Source: a virus
Taxonomy: Duplodnaviria > Caudoviricetes
Reading direction: 5' to 3' (one strand)
Length of the DNA stretch: 64,000 nt
IMG/VR virus record: IMGVR_UViG_3300011116_001229
The notes below the pieces were generated by a model. It saw nothing but the letters and a program-made list of their open reading frames with translations. It had not been told where the DNA came from and ran no database searches. This document shows, one piece after another, positions 27,743 to 39,036 of the stretch. A program made the translations under genes and the position numbers. Each line of letters begins with the position of its first letter. Position 1 is the stretch's first letter.

Positions 27743-30700
27743 ATGGGAAAGAGAGCGACAGTAAAATCAGCAGTTACGACTAGAGGCTATAATTCTGGCG
27801 ATGGAGGCTTTTCTCAAATATTTTCATTTAACACCACGGTTGCTTCTCAAGTTGCAAGTAGTATTGATACCAAAGTCTCAGATCAGTTAAGCGGCATTCA
27901 ATTTGAGTTTAAGTCTGGACAGGGTTCAAATCCGCCCGTAGTTAATTCTGAGTCGATTAATTATTCACAAATAACTTCTGCATTAGTAAATTCAGACTTA
28001 TTAACAAACTCTACGACATCAAAAATTCTTGATCCAAATGATAAGCTTATAAATAAAAATTCTAGTCAATATAACCCTTGGGCCACAAAATCAACAAATA
28101 AGTCTAGAATTTATACGGCGCTTACTGCTATACCCTCCGACGAGCCATTGATCATAAGCTCAATAGAAGTATTGCCAGTTAGTGATACAAACTTTACTTT
28201 AAAACTTTTAGACTTTGGCGGATCTGACTTCGAAGGTATTGGAGTCGATACTTCATATGACAGAGACTTCTCTTTAATTCTTAAAAAAGAATGTGAAGAT
28301 CTCATCTTGTCGACGGCACAAAATACATTCTTAAAAAATAAATCTCATTCAGCAAAAACAGCAGGAAAAATTTTAGATAGTAAAAATAAATTTTCTGAAT
28401 TATCTGTTACACAAGCTAAAGGATCTTCATTGATCTTGCAAAATCTTGTAGATGTTATCAGCGTATTAAATCCTCAAAAAGTTCTTGATGAGTCTCAAGA
28501 CTATCCTAAAGGTTTCTCTAATATTTTTACACAAGAAAAATGTGTTTTATCTTCACCTTTTATCAACACTACGTCTTTTAATAGCCTTCTTTCAATCATA
28601 AAGAAAGAAATTTATACACATTCTCTTGCAACAGATCTAACATCAATACTTTTGCCGGAAGCTAAACTATCGCTTAATGAAAGCATAAGAACCAATAGTC
28701 TATCTTTTAAAATTTTAAATCAAACAGACTCTTTTCCTGAACAATTAGTTCTCCCTGGTGGTGCAAATAAAATAATTCAAAATTATTTTGACAAACATTT
28801 CGTCTTAAATAGACAAAAAACCTTTCAGACAGACGTCTCACTAGCAGATATTGCAGCTATCGGTTTAGTCAATGCTCGTCATATTGGCGGATTAAGCGAT
28901 ATTTTAGTTACAAATGGCTCGGGTAACATAGGCATTAAAAAATCATTTTCTGGTATTCCGCAGTTTAATAATGGTATTGACAATATTTTAAGAAATTTAA
29001 CAGTCAATTCATTTAAGTCAAGTGTAGGCGGCGACCTATTGGTACCACACGCTGGAATTGACTTCACAAAATATTTTGGTCTATTATCTTTTCTTCTTTT
29101 TAAAGAAATACTATTCTCTTCATCTTGTAGAAATACACCAATAAGAAATTATCTTTCTAAAAATTTTGGTGGTTATCTTCCTACAATAACTCAAGATTCA
29201 ACTGCAGCTAATTATGACATATGGAATGTTCTTATTGGAGAACTAACTAGAGAAGTAACTGATTTTACGAATGAAGATGCTTTATTGACAAATAACGCAA
29301 CTTCAGCTCCTTCACTAGCAAGATTTACTAAACAAGTTATCAATGCCGATAGTAGTCAGCTAAGTGATCCATCGACAGAAAATGTCTATCGAATTCTTAC
29401 AATAGAAGAGACAAACTTAGATTTTGGTGCAGGAGAAACATTAACCCCAGGCGCACTTTACTATATTGACTCAGCATTAACAGGACAAGCAAATTCTCAG
29501 GGAGACATTCTTCCTGATACTGCTAAAGCTAGTCAGCTACTAACAAAAATTCAAGATGCAAGAAAGTCTATTAACGCAATTAAGTACTTGCACAGAGCTA
29601 AAATAGAAGAAGAAGATTCTACTTTATTTCAGCTGCAGCAATTAAGCGAGTATAGAGAATCTATTACCAGAGCCTATAGAGAAATTGCCACATCCGATCT
29701 AGTTAAATTTTATGAGTCAAAGATAAAAATAGTAGCACAATCATCTAAAAACTTTTCAGAGATTCCTGAAGATCAAAAAACTAAAGAAATTTACAATACT
29801 AGCGTAGCTGCAATCGGCAAAAATGGTTTTGTAAGCAGAGTTCTTGCATCACTTATTTCTAGGGCATGGTCTTTAATTTACGACTCATCATACCTTGATG
29901 TCAAGAAAAAGTCTGTGGGTGAGAATTTACTAAAAGCTATCTTTTCAATTGTTTTAAGAAGAATGTATCATATTGGTATGGGAGAAGACGGCAAAACTAA
30001 TCATGGTGCGATTTCAAGTAATGGATTTGAAAAATTTAAACCAAAATTTAAGATAGAAGTTGCCAATCTTGGGCTCGGAGAAATTCAATTTGTTACACCT
30101 AATTTTTCAAATGCATCTCCTGAGTTAAAGAAAGAGTTTTCTCATTCAAATAGAGGTCTATTTTTTCAAACTCTAATTGACACAACTGGTAACGCTATTA
30201 GCCCAGCCATGGCAATAGATGCCATAATTTTTTCAAATCCTGAAATCTTTAAAGTTTTTAAAGATAAAGCTGAAGCGTCTTCTGCAACATTTTGGGACTT
30301 AGAGACTAGAAAAACGCCCAAGGTAAGTTTTACTTCTCAGACCCCGCTTCTTAAGAATGCAGCTGCAAACTCTCTTTTGCTAAAAGGAGAAAGCTATTTT
30401 CACAATTTAGTCGTTTACAGCGATTTAAATGGTACAAATGGCCTCGGAAAGAAAAATTTTCTTCTCGATAAAATTGCCGAGCTCTTATCAAAATTTCACT
30501 TAGCTGTTAAGGATAGATCTCCATTTAGAACCGCGGGGGCAGATAATTCTAATCTTCTTGCAGGACGTGTCACTACGTGTTATGGTGATATTGATGCCTC
30601 TGTGATGCTTTGGAATTATTTTTTATTAATAGTTGATGCTATAAGAAGAGTTACTCCTGAGTCTCTAATAGGTGTTCTTGATTTTTCTACTTATGACTCA

Positions 30701-32380
30701 AAGGATGATATCAATACCGTTAGTTACGTAACTGAATTTGGTTATAATCTTGGAATTGATCAAAGCTTTAAATATATAAATGAAACCGACAGTCCTAACG
30801 AAACTAAAGGATCTTATAGTTTTTGGAATACTAAACTAAACTACAGAGACACAATCGATCCTGTAATTAATTCTTTTATTGAACAGCAAAAAGTTTGCTC
30901 AGACCATTTTTCTAGACTTACACTTTACCTTTCTGTGCTTGAAAATCGAGTTTCAAACTTTATTAACTTCTTAAAGTCACCAATTGCAGATGTGAAAAAA
31001 TACTATAATGAATTAAATTCAGCTGCAAACTCAGAAGTATCTTCATTGCCGGACGATGCTTCACGTAGCTCGTTAAAAAGATTTCTTGTTTCTAGCGGCT
31101 TTGCACAAGAACAACTTTTGCTGTCAAGAAATATAGGAGATGAAATTAAAAGAAGGACAGATCTAGATCTAAATTCGTTCTATAGTGCTGTAGTCAATTT
31201 AAAACCAGGATTTTACAGCGAGAAAGGATCTCTGTTTCAGACACAGGAGTTCACCATTTCCGATAAGCCAGCTGTGATTGGAATCTCTGAATTTATTTCT
31301 CTCAATGCTACAGACCAGTTTGCTTATAATCCACTGGTAAGACAATTCTTCATAAAGAACGACAAATTCACCAGTATCAATACTAACAATAGAAGAATTT
31401 TGTCTATTGGAATACCGCCAAGAATGGTGAGAAATTTAAATAAAACACCTGCTTTGCAAACAAGTCTAAATTATTCGAGTTCAGTTCTTAAGAATTTAAT
31501 TAAGATTAAAGTTTATAAGAACGACGTTTTGAACACACCCGGTATCTACTATAAACCAAAGACGTTTGTTTTTGACATGTACCGATTTCCAACAAGAGAT
31601 CTTGCTCTCTATAAAGAAGTTGATATTAATGGAAGTCTTGACGACTTGATTGCGTCTATTCCAACAAAAGTACATATTCCTAATAGCTTTTTAGATCAAA
31701 CTATTATAAAGCAGCAAATTACTGAAAATGGTCTCTTTGCAAGAAATTATGCTGTTTCAGAATATTCTGCTGTCGTAGGAAAGAATACAGCAATTGATTT
31801 TAAAAGCTTATACAATAATCACGTTGAGAGCTTTTTACTAGAAGAATATGTAAATATGTTTACTCGGGCGAGGCTAGATGAATCTTACTATTATCATTAT
31901 GTCAACCTAGACGCAACAATGAAGAATATGGAATCGCAGTTTAATAACTACCTGTCGACAACTAACCTACAATTTAATGAGTCAAATCTACCAGATGACT
32001 TTTTACAGTCTGTTCCAGCTAATGAAAGACTTAGAGTTGTTAAGCAGTCTGAAGAGACCATAAAGAGATATTTTATGAATGAAACATTTTTCATGTCATC
32101 TGACGAAATTAGAAAGCGCATATTCTTACCTAAAAAATTTGATAGAGTCTTTACAGTTGCAGTTGATTCCGATGAGTTTGAAATTGATCAAACTCAGTTT
32201 GATGATACAAAACAGCAAGAGCTGGCAGAAAAATACATCAGTGAAGGTAAGTTAGTTGCAGATGAAAATGGAATAGTTAAAAAATCTTCAGATATTACTT
32301 TACCTAGTGAAATTTACGTTGATGAATATTGGGTAGAAATAGAACCAGCACTAGAATCAGAATTGCCAGGGTTGACCTAA
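27743..32380 (+). CDS. Very large hypothetical protein (1545 aa), probably virion-associated
   Basis: Uninterrupted ORF in the structural block; no recognised motif. Confidence 0.5.
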   Translation: MGKRATVKSAVTTRGYNSGDGGFSQIFSFNTTVASQVASSIDTKVSDQLSGIQFEFKSGQGSNPPVVNSESINYSQITSALVNSDLLTNSTTSKILDPNDKLINKNSSQYNPWATKSTNKSRIYTALTAIPSDEPLIISSIEVLPVSDTNFTLKLLDFGGSDFEGIGVDTSYDRDFSLILKKECEDLILSTAQNTFLKNKSHSAKTAGKILDSKNKFSELSVTQAKGSSLILQNLVDVISVLNPQKVLDESQDYPKGFSNIFTQEKCVLSSPFINTTSFNSLLSIIKKEIYTHSLATDLTSILLPEAKLSLNESIRTNSLSFKILNQTDSFPEQLVLPGGANKIIQNYFDKHFVLNRQKTFQTDVSLADIAAIGLVNARHIGGLSDILVTNGSGNIGIKKSFSGIPQFNNGIDNILRNLTVNSFKSSVGGDLLVPHAGIDFTKYFGLLSFLLFKEILFSSSCRNTPIRNYLSKNFGGYLPTITQDSTAANYDIWNVLIGELTREVTDFTNEDALLTNNATSAPSLARFTKQVINADSSQLSDPSTENVYRILTIEETNLDFGAGETLTPGALYYIDSALTGQANSQGDILPDTAKASQLLTKIQDARKSINAIKYLHRAKIEEEDSTLFQLQQLSEYRESITRAYREIATSDLVKFYESKIKIVAQSSKNFSEIPEDQKTKEIYNTSVAAIGKNGFVSRVLASLISRAWSLIYDSSYLDVKKKSVGENLLKAIFSIVLRRMYHIGMGEDGKTNHGAISSNGFEKFKPKFKIEVANLGLGEIQFVTPNFSNASPELKKEFSHSNRGLFFQTLIDTTGNAISPAMAIDAIIFSNPEIFKVFKDKAEASSATFWDLETRKTPKVSFTSQTPLLKNAAANSLLLKGESYFHNLVVYSDLNGTNGLGKKNFLLDKIAELLSKFHLAVKDRSPFRTAGADNSNLLAGRVTTCYGDIDASVMLWNYFLLIVDAIRRVTPESLIGVLDFSTYDSKDDINTVSYVTEFGYNLGIDQSFKYINETDSPNETKGSYSFWNTKLNYRDTIDPVINSFIEQQKVCSDHFSRLTLYLSVLENRVSNFINFLKSPIADVKKYYNELNSAANSEVSSLPDDASRSSLKRFLVSSGFAQEQLLLSRNIGDEIKRRTDLDLNSFYSAVVNLKPGFYSEKGSLFQTQEFTISDKPAVIGISEFISLNATDQFAYNPLVRQFFIKNDKFTSINTNNRRILSIGIPPRMVRNLNKTPALQTSLNYSSSVLKNLIKIKVYKNDVLNTPGIYYKPKTFVFDMYRFPTRDLALYKEVDINGSLDDLIASIPTKVHIPNSFLDQTIIKQQITENGLFARNYAVSEYSAVVGKNTAIDFKSLYNNHVESFLLEEYVNMFTRARLDESYYYHYVNLDATMKNMESQFNNYLSTTNLQFNESNLPDDFLQSVPANERLRVVKQSEETIKRYFMNETFFMSSDEIRKRIFLPKKFDRVFTVAVDSDEFEIDQTQFDDTKQQELAEKYISEGKLVADENGIVKKSSDITLPSEIYVDEYWVEIEPALESELPGLT

Positions 32381-32384
32381 AATT

Positions 32385-34337
32385 ATGACCACATCAAAGG
32401 TATCAAAATCTTCATACGTAGTTAATGTTCCTGAAGTTTTACAACTTTCGGGAGACTTTGTCTATAATTTTTATACTAAGAATGAGAGAGTTTCAGCCAC
32501 AAATGGTCTTAATGCAAATTTAGCACCAAGATATGTTTCTCTTTCTTGGGTGGCACCGCCTAAATATGAGAATTATCAGTATGTCGTAGGAAAAGAAACA
32601 ACAAATCAGCTTCTAGAAAAATTAGTAACCGAAGATAGCTCATTTTCTTCTAACTACTTATCTAGAAATTTTTCTGAAGTTACCGATGTTAAGCAGGCTG
32701 CTTTGCAATTAAAAAACTATTATGGTTTTTCCGACTTTTTTTATTTTAACAGCTTGCTAGATAAAAAACAAAAAATTATTAAAGACTTTATTGAGTCTAA
32801 TGCAAGTTTGAACCCACAAGAAAGATCAAGACTTGAGCAAAACTTAAAACATCTTCATGATGCTTATGATGCATTAACAGATTTGCCTTCACAGACTTTA
32901 GGCTTGGATGTAGTTGATGCAGAAGGTAATGTAATTGATAAGCAAAATTTATTTAAAACTTTAACATCTTCTCTTTCACTCAATGTTAAACTACATAAGT
33001 ACGTAATTCAAGATCTTCTATCAAATGCTGAGATATCAAAAATAGAGCTTGACAAATTTGCTAATTACAAGATAAATGTAAATAATAGCGACGATATTGT
33101 TCTACAAGCTTCAGAGATAAAAGTGGGTGAAAATTCTACGCCAAGGCTTAAGGGCTTTCTGATTAGAAGATATCGATATGGACAAGATGGAAATCTAACA
33201 GAAGAGCTTGTCAAATATCTTAATAATCCACAAGCAACTTCTTTTAACGATTCTGGGGTTGTTTATGGTGGCAATTATGTTTATGCTGTTAGCGTTGTTG
33301 CAGAAATAGATATTTTAGCAAATAAGATAGGTAGCAATAATAATCCATCTGGTACTGACACTTTAACAATAAATATTGAGTCTCGCCTGTCTCTTTTCAA
33401 TATTTCATGCTTTGAGTTTAAGCCTCCACCTCCTCCTACTGATATTAAATTTTACTTTGATTATATTAAAAGAAATGTTGCTATGACTTGGGACTTCCCG
33501 GTCAACCCGCAGTCAGACATAAGGCAATTTCAAGTTTTTAGAAGAAAATCTTTTGATCACCCATTTGAACTAATCGCTCAGTATGGTTTTGATCGATCTC
33601 TTACGGACTACATAACAGCGCCTATTTTGACTTCTGAATTTGAAGGATCTCTTAATTTTGAAGGTATGCCATATTCACCGAATGATGCTTCTCAGATAAG
33701 TAACAAAAAATATACGACTGGTGAAAGAGTTGATGCTAACAATATTGAAAATATGGATCCATCATTAAGATATCTAGTCAAGGACTCTGATCTACCCGTT
33801 TATAAGCATGTTGACGAAGACTTTGTTGTCGATAATGAATTTTTTGAGTCAACTTCATACATTTATGCTATGTGTGCTATTGATGCACACGGAATGATAT
33901 CTAACTACTCTTCTCAGTACAGAATAACTTATGACTTCTTTAAAAATAGCCTAATTACTGAGATGGTTTGTGACGAAGGTAGTCCTAGAACTTATCCAAA
34001 TATGAATCTACGTTCGGATACATTCAAAGATTCAATCAATACTACTGGAATGAAACTAAAAAACTTAGAGATCTATTTCACACCGGAGTATTTTAATGTC
34101 TTAGATGAACAAGGAACTGAGTTTAATGTTGTCTCAATACAAAAACCAAATTCTCAGACTGATGATGAGAAGCCGTTTTACCAATTCCAGATGATTAATC
34201 TAGACAATAGTAAAACACAAGTGCTTAGAATAAATATAGAACAACCGCCGCCACCACCTCAAGATACAATTACAATAATTCAAGATGTTCCTCCTGAAAT
34301 AGAGCCTCCTGACATCTGGCAAGACCTTGTAACATGA
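32385..34337 (+). CDS. Putative virion protein with FN3-like domains
   Basis: YVYAVSVV, PPPPTDIKF..MTWDFP..QFQVFRR, YIYAMCAIDAHG. Confidence 0.5.
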   Translation: MTTSKVSKSSYVVNVPEVLQLSGDFVYNFYTKNERVSATNGLNANLAPRYVSLSWVAPPKYENYQYVVGKETTNQLLEKLVTEDSSFSSNYLSRNFSEVTDVKQAALQLKNYYGFSDFFYFNSLLDKKQKIIKDFIESNASLNPQERSRLEQNLKHLHDAYDALTDLPSQTLGLDVVDAEGNVIDKQNLFKTLTSSLSLNVKLHKYVIQDLLSNAEISKIELDKFANYKINVNNSDDIVLQASEIKVGENSTPRLKGFLIRRYRYGQDGNLTEELVKYLNNPQATSFNDSGVVYGGNYVYAVSVVAEIDILANKIGSNNNPSGTDTLTINIESRLSLFNISCFEFKPPPPPTDIKFYFDYIKRNVAMTWDFPVNPQSDIRQFQVFRRKSFDHPFELIAQYGFDRSLTDYITAPILTSEFEGSLNFEGMPYSPNDASQISNKKYTTGERVDANNIENMDPSLRYLVKDSDLPVYKHVDEDFVVDNEFFESTSYIYAMCAIDAHGMISNYSSQYRITYDFFKNSLITEMVCDEGSPRTYPNMNLRSDTFKDSINTTGMKLKNLEIYFTPEYFNVLDEQGTEFNVVSIQKPNSQTDDEKPFYQFQMINLDNSKTQVLRINIEQPPPPPQDTITIIQDVPPEIEPPDIWQDLVT

Positions 34338-34416
34338 GGATAAAAAATTAAATTGGAAACTATCACAAGCAAGACAATATTTTTGATGTACTATAATTTA
34401 ACACAGGAACTTAACC

Positions 34417-35166
34417 ATGGGATGGCTTGATCACTCAACAAACAACATAATCTTAGATGCAGTCTTAACTGATTACGGTAGACAGCAGCTGTCTCTCTCA
34501 AATAACAGCTTCAATATTACACATTTTTCTTTGGCAGATGATGAAGTGGATTATAGAGCTATTAAGAGATATGGAAGAGCTGTAGGCAAAGACAAAATTG
34601 AAAAAAATACTCCCATCTTTGAAGCTCTAACTAATCCTTCAATAGCTGTCAAATATCGTCTAATTGGAAAAGAAAGCGGTGGTGCCGCTGTCTCTCAAAT
34701 ATTTCTTCCGGTCTTGACATCAAGCCCAGCATCAGTGAGCCTAACAAAGACAAATAATGACAATACGGTGTCAAAGCAAGTTACGCTCACTTTAAAGTAC
34801 AAGGGTAACAGTAATCCTACAGATATTGTTGATGTCGTACAGACAGCGTATAGTATTAAAGTATCCGATAGATTCTTTACCTTAAGTAATCCGATCAATG
34901 GCTCTTTGTCATCAGTTGATTCTGCTGCGACAACAATTTTACCTAGCGATCCATCTAGAATGGCAACATATACTTTACTAGCAACTGACCCAACCCAGCC
35001 AATAGGATTTACTGTGTCGGCAAGATCAATTGACACAACTACAGCAACAATCTATGGCAAAAAGACAAGCGCAACTGAAAGAACAATCACATCTAACATC
35101 ACAGTGATAGGTAATAGACACGGTGTGACGTTAGAGCTTCCTGTAACTTATACACTTCTTGCATAA
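34417..35166 (+). CDS. Putative virion structural protein
   Basis: MGWLD..IILDAVLTDYGRQQL..FSLADDEVDY; paralog of the 23711 N-terminus. Confidence 0.55.
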   Translation: MGWLDHSTNNIILDAVLTDYGRQQLSLSNNSFNITHFSLADDEVDYRAIKRYGRAVGKDKIEKNTPIFEALTNPSIAVKYRLIGKESGGAAVSQIFLPVLTSSPASVSLTKTNNDNTVSKQVTLTLKYKGNSNPTDIVDVVQTAYSIKVSDRFFTLSNPINGSLSSVDSAATTILPSDPSRMATYTLLATDPTQPIGFTVSARSIDTTTATIYGKKTSATERTITSNITVIGNRHGVTLELPVTYTLLA

Positions 35167-35181
35167 TTTTAAAGAGGAAAA

Positions 35182-36468
35182 ATGCCCTTATCAAAACAGA
35201 TCGGTGCCGGCGACAAAAAGACTACTAGATCATTTCTTAATCAGCTAATTGACGTTCTTCAAGAAGACATTTCAGCGTCCGTCTCTAGAAGAAAATATCA
35301 AGTCTTTGTCACTGGTGGTATTGGTCCTGGTGTTACATCGTCTCTCTTTCAGACTGTATATGACCAAGATTTTACTTTGCAAACAGCGAACCCAGTTTTT
35401 GATATCACAGTAGGACTTGCTCCGCCTGATGCTAAGTCTGACGGTGTTGCAGCTCTGACAACGACAGCTCAAGACTCAGGTGGGAAATATCTGTATCCAA
35501 GCAGCTCTCTTATGATGAGAGAGAAGACAGATCTATACAGCCAATTTGCTCAGATACTTCTTGGTGACAGAACTGAAGTCTTCACTTTACCTGTTGATGC
35601 TTCAACAACTTCAACAAGCACGACAACAACAGAAATTGATGCAGGATTATTTCTAGCATTTAAACGACTCTTTACTAGAGACCAAATCAAGAGAGAAACG
35701 TTTGCAATGAAGATGTTTAAGTCTGCGTCTTTTACAACGACAGGCTCAGCACAGTCAATTCCTGATACATACTTGGGCGGAGCCGGCGGAAGAACTAATC
35801 TATACGTCACATCTCCTAGCGGATCAACTATATTCACAGATGTAGGTGCAGCTGATCAAAAATTCTTCAGCGTGGGTGGACAATTTGGTTATCTTGTTGA
35901 TGCTTCAAACACTACTCAGGCAGTTGGTAGAATTTATTATGATCATGGAATAGTCGTTCTTGATATTGAGAAAGTGACTTCTGGTACCCAGTTTATGTCA
36001 GGAACAATTGATGCTATGACTCCAACAGGTCAGCTTATTCTTGGAGCATCGGGCACAGACACCGGTCTAAAAGCCAAGCTTGTCCCTGATCTCATGACTT
36101 CTGCAAGCATTGATAATATAGTAGATCATTTCTGTTATTCTCGTTTTGGAAGCACGTCCAACACTGCAGTAACCTTTCAGAATATAACAAACATCAACTC
36201 CTCACTAATATTCTGCAGAGCACTTCCAGATGACTTTAATTTTTCATCAAATCCAACGTATGTTGAAGCTGCAGGAACAACTAATGAGGGAAGACTCGTG
36301 ATATACGATCCTGCATTACCTGATGAAGTCCAAGAGACTTTTGCATACGTGACAACGATCGGTCTCTATGATGCATCAGGAGGCCTTTTAGCAGTTGCTA
36401 AATTAAGTAGACCTGTTGAAAAAAGCGCAGGTAGAGACTTGACGTTCCGCGTGAGACTTGACTTCTGA
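35182..36468 (+). CDS. Putative virion (baseplate/fibre-attachment-like) protein
   Basis: C-terminal YVTTIGLYD..LLAVAKLSRPVEK shared with the 36490 ORF. Confidence 0.5.
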   Translation: MPLSKQIGAGDKKTTRSFLNQLIDVLQEDISASVSRRKYQVFVTGGIGPGVTSSLFQTVYDQDFTLQTANPVFDITVGLAPPDAKSDGVAALTTTAQDSGGKYLYPSSSLMMREKTDLYSQFAQILLGDRTEVFTLPVDASTTSTSTTTTEIDAGLFLAFKRLFTRDQIKRETFAMKMFKSASFTTTGSAQSIPDTYLGGAGGRTNLYVTSPSGSTIFTDVGAADQKFFSVGGQFGYLVDASNTTQAVGRIYYDHGIVVLDIEKVTSGTQFMSGTIDAMTPTGQLILGASGTDTGLKAKLVPDLMTSASIDNIVDHFCYSRFGSTSNTAVTFQNITNINSSLIFCRALPDDFNFSSNPTYVEAAGTTNEGRLVIYDPALPDEVQETFAYVTTIGLYDASGGLLAVAKLSRPVEKSAGRDLTFRVRLDF

Positions 36469-36489
36469 CGTAATGTGCAAGTTTAAGTT

Positions 36490-39036
36490 ATGGCGATTAT
36501 ACCTGTTACGAAAGATGACGTAGAAAATTTCACTATAGTCACAACGCCTAGAAGAACATTCACTTTTTCTTCTGGGTCTTATGGACAGAGAGTCACCGGT
36601 TCAATTAAAATTTACCCAAGATATTCTACTAATCAAAAAGAGGTTTTGGACGTTTTTGAACAGGGCAACTTTAAAGATAAAAATTTTATAAATACATATG
36701 AAATTTTAAATAAAGACGTCAGGCAGAGAAGAATAGAATCTTCAACTAGAGACTCATCTAATTCTTTAAATTCGTACTTTAGTGTCGTTGGTGATGTAAG
36801 TGTAAAGACAAATTACACATCTTCAATTCAGAGATTTTCACCTCTTGACTTCTATTCTGATGAAAGCACTGTTAGTCGATACACGCTGTCTAAGAATACA
36901 ATCAAAGACATCTTGATGCCCTACTATAGGGCACAATATCCGAATGCAAATTGGTCATACACAAATTATCATTCACTAAACTTTTTTACAATTTCAAAGA
37001 CGTCGCAGACTATTCCTACAGCATCAGTTCTACTTTATCCTAATGTGCAGAATAGCTTACTTCCTATTCAAACTGGATTTGCTTCTGGTACTTACTGTTT
37101 ATCTGGTGCTTTCTCATTTGAGTTTCATATTAATCCAAGATATCAGGCTGACGGATTGGATGCAGGCCATTTTAAGGCAGGAACAATCTTTCATTTGTCG
37201 TCAAGTTATGCACTGTCCCTTATAACAGGATCATCCAAAGATCCAACTGGTCTACCCAGCGGATTTAGACTGCAGTTGCAGCTAAGTCACAGCGCTGATA
37301 TTTCACCTTCACTTGTTAATCAAGGTTCTTATCCTTCTGATCTTGTATTCGTATCTGATGACAATAGCTTAGAATGGAATAAATGGCACCATGTTGCAGT
37401 GCGATGGGGCACTAATACAGTCAATGATGGCACAGGTTCGTTTGTGATTGATGGTGTAGAGAGAGGTTACTTCGTAGTTCCTTCCGGAACGATAAATGTC
37501 AATACATCAAATGCAAAGAGCAACCCTGACGCGTTATGCATTGGTAATTTCTATGAAGGAACTAATGCAGGCGATGCGTCACAAAATAGATTTTTTGCTT
37601 ATGACGTATCAAGAGCTAATGGTGTGACGCCTCTTTTAACCGCAACTCTATCGTCTTTAGATGAGCCGACTGCATATGCATTTAATCATCCTCTAAAAGC
37701 AGAACTTCACGATTTGATGATCAAGAGATACTACGTTTCTGATGATGAAATAAGCGCATCAGGTTCGTCTGGAATTGGTTCATTATCAGCTGACACTAAC
37801 GATCTAGCATTTTATTTGCCTCCTTTCTTTACACAAGAATCTGCAATTAGAAGAAAGCATAAAACTACCCAGGGTGGGGTTTTACAGACACCCTACCACG
37901 TTATTAGCGGAACAACTGATGATCCTTTTAATGTTGCCATGGCATTCGGTGTAAATGGTCATTATATTAATCTTGAAAATTTTACAAGAGACTTTACAAA
38001 CTCTCAATATCCAAGACTAATAAACTTAACAGGATCAGCACAGTCAATCAACGGACAAACAACAGCTAATGCTAACAAAGTTCTTTATCAAATGAACAAT
38101 GTGGCAAAGAGAAATTTAACCATCTTGCCGTGTGATAATGGAAATTTTGAACCGAACTTTGAAATTCTTAAGTCAGAGCGATACATCGACAAGTATAGAA
38201 CTATTTCTGGTAGCTTTCTTGACTGGAGTGCCATTTATCTAGATGATCTTGTATCTGCACAAGGGATCTCAAATAATAAAGACCCAAATCTTCAGACATT
38301 TATTGACTGGAGCCAAGATCTATATGGACCAACTCCAAGTCAACCAGGCGTCTCTATTGGTTCAAAGTTACAAAATTTCTTTAATTCTGTTGATGCTGAG
38401 CTCTTAAATTCAACAAGTGATGCGAGTTTTAACAGAGGCATCTTTAAGGGAATGCCTTTACCAATTTATGAGAGCTTGAGAGATCCGTCGTCCAATCAAG
38501 TCACGATATTTAACATCAGCAACATCTTCTACGGTAGAAGAATATTGCCAGGCAGCTTTACGCTAACTGACACAGGAATATCCGGCTCTCAAGGTGCTGT
38601 TAAGATAACTATTAAAGATGACAGCCTGGGAAATCTGTACAGAGCCGATTCTGACACTTCCCATTACACTCAAAATTCAATAGGAAATATCTTCTATGAC
38701 GAGGGCATAGTCGTTATAAAGAATCCTCATCTATTCTTCTTTGGCAAGCAGCAGTATGAAGTTTCTTTCAAGGGCGTAAGCAACATATTCTCATCAAAAT
38801 ACGAGATTTTAGCAGGTTCAGGTCAGCTTAACTCTTCTTCTAATCCAACATATGCGCTTGAGAAAAGTGCGATGAGAGCATCCGGAGATCCTATCGACAA
38901 GGACGTGTTTGTGTACATCTCAACTGTTAATTTACACGATGAAAATATGAACGTTGTTGCCAAGGTAAAACTAGCACAGCCCATCATCAAGCGCTTTTCT
39001 GATAAAGTCTTGTTCAAAATTGCAATAGATTATTGA
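36490..39036 (+). CDS. Putative virion protein with LamG/concanavalin-like domain
   Basis: FSFEFHINP, WHHVAVRW, FVIDG; C-terminal YISTVNLHD..VVAKVKLAQPIIK. Confidence 0.6.
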   Translation: MAIIPVTKDDVENFTIVTTPRRTFTFSSGSYGQRVTGSIKIYPRYSTNQKEVLDVFEQGNFKDKNFINTYEILNKDVRQRRIESSTRDSSNSLNSYFSVVGDVSVKTNYTSSIQRFSPLDFYSDESTVSRYTLSKNTIKDILMPYYRAQYPNANWSYTNYHSLNFFTISKTSQTIPTASVLLYPNVQNSLLPIQTGFASGTYCLSGAFSFEFHINPRYQADGLDAGHFKAGTIFHLSSSYALSLITGSSKDPTGLPSGFRLQLQLSHSADISPSLVNQGSYPSDLVFVSDDNSLEWNKWHHVAVRWGTNTVNDGTGSFVIDGVERGYFVVPSGTINVNTSNAKSNPDALCIGNFYEGTNAGDASQNRFFAYDVSRANGVTPLLTATLSSLDEPTAYAFNHPLKAELHDLMIKRYYVSDDEISASGSSGIGSLSADTNDLAFYLPPFFTQESAIRRKHKTTQGGVLQTPYHVISGTTDDPFNVAMAFGVNGHYINLENFTRDFTNSQYPRLINLTGSAQSINGQTTANANKVLYQMNNVAKRNLTILPCDNGNFEPNFEILKSERYIDKYRTISGSFLDWSAIYLDDLVSAQGISNNKDPNLQTFIDWSQDLYGPTPSQPGVSIGSKLQNFFNSVDAELLNSTSDASFNRGIFKGMPLPIYESLRDPSSNQVTIFNISNIFYGRRILPGSFTLTDTGISGSQGAVKITIKDDSLGNLYRADSDTSHYTQNSIGNIFYDEGIVVIKNPHLFFFGKQQYEVSFKGVSNIFSSKYEILAGSGQLNSSSNPTYALEKSAMRASGDPIDKDVFVYISTVNLHDENMNVVAKVKLAQPIIKRFSDKVLFKIAIDY

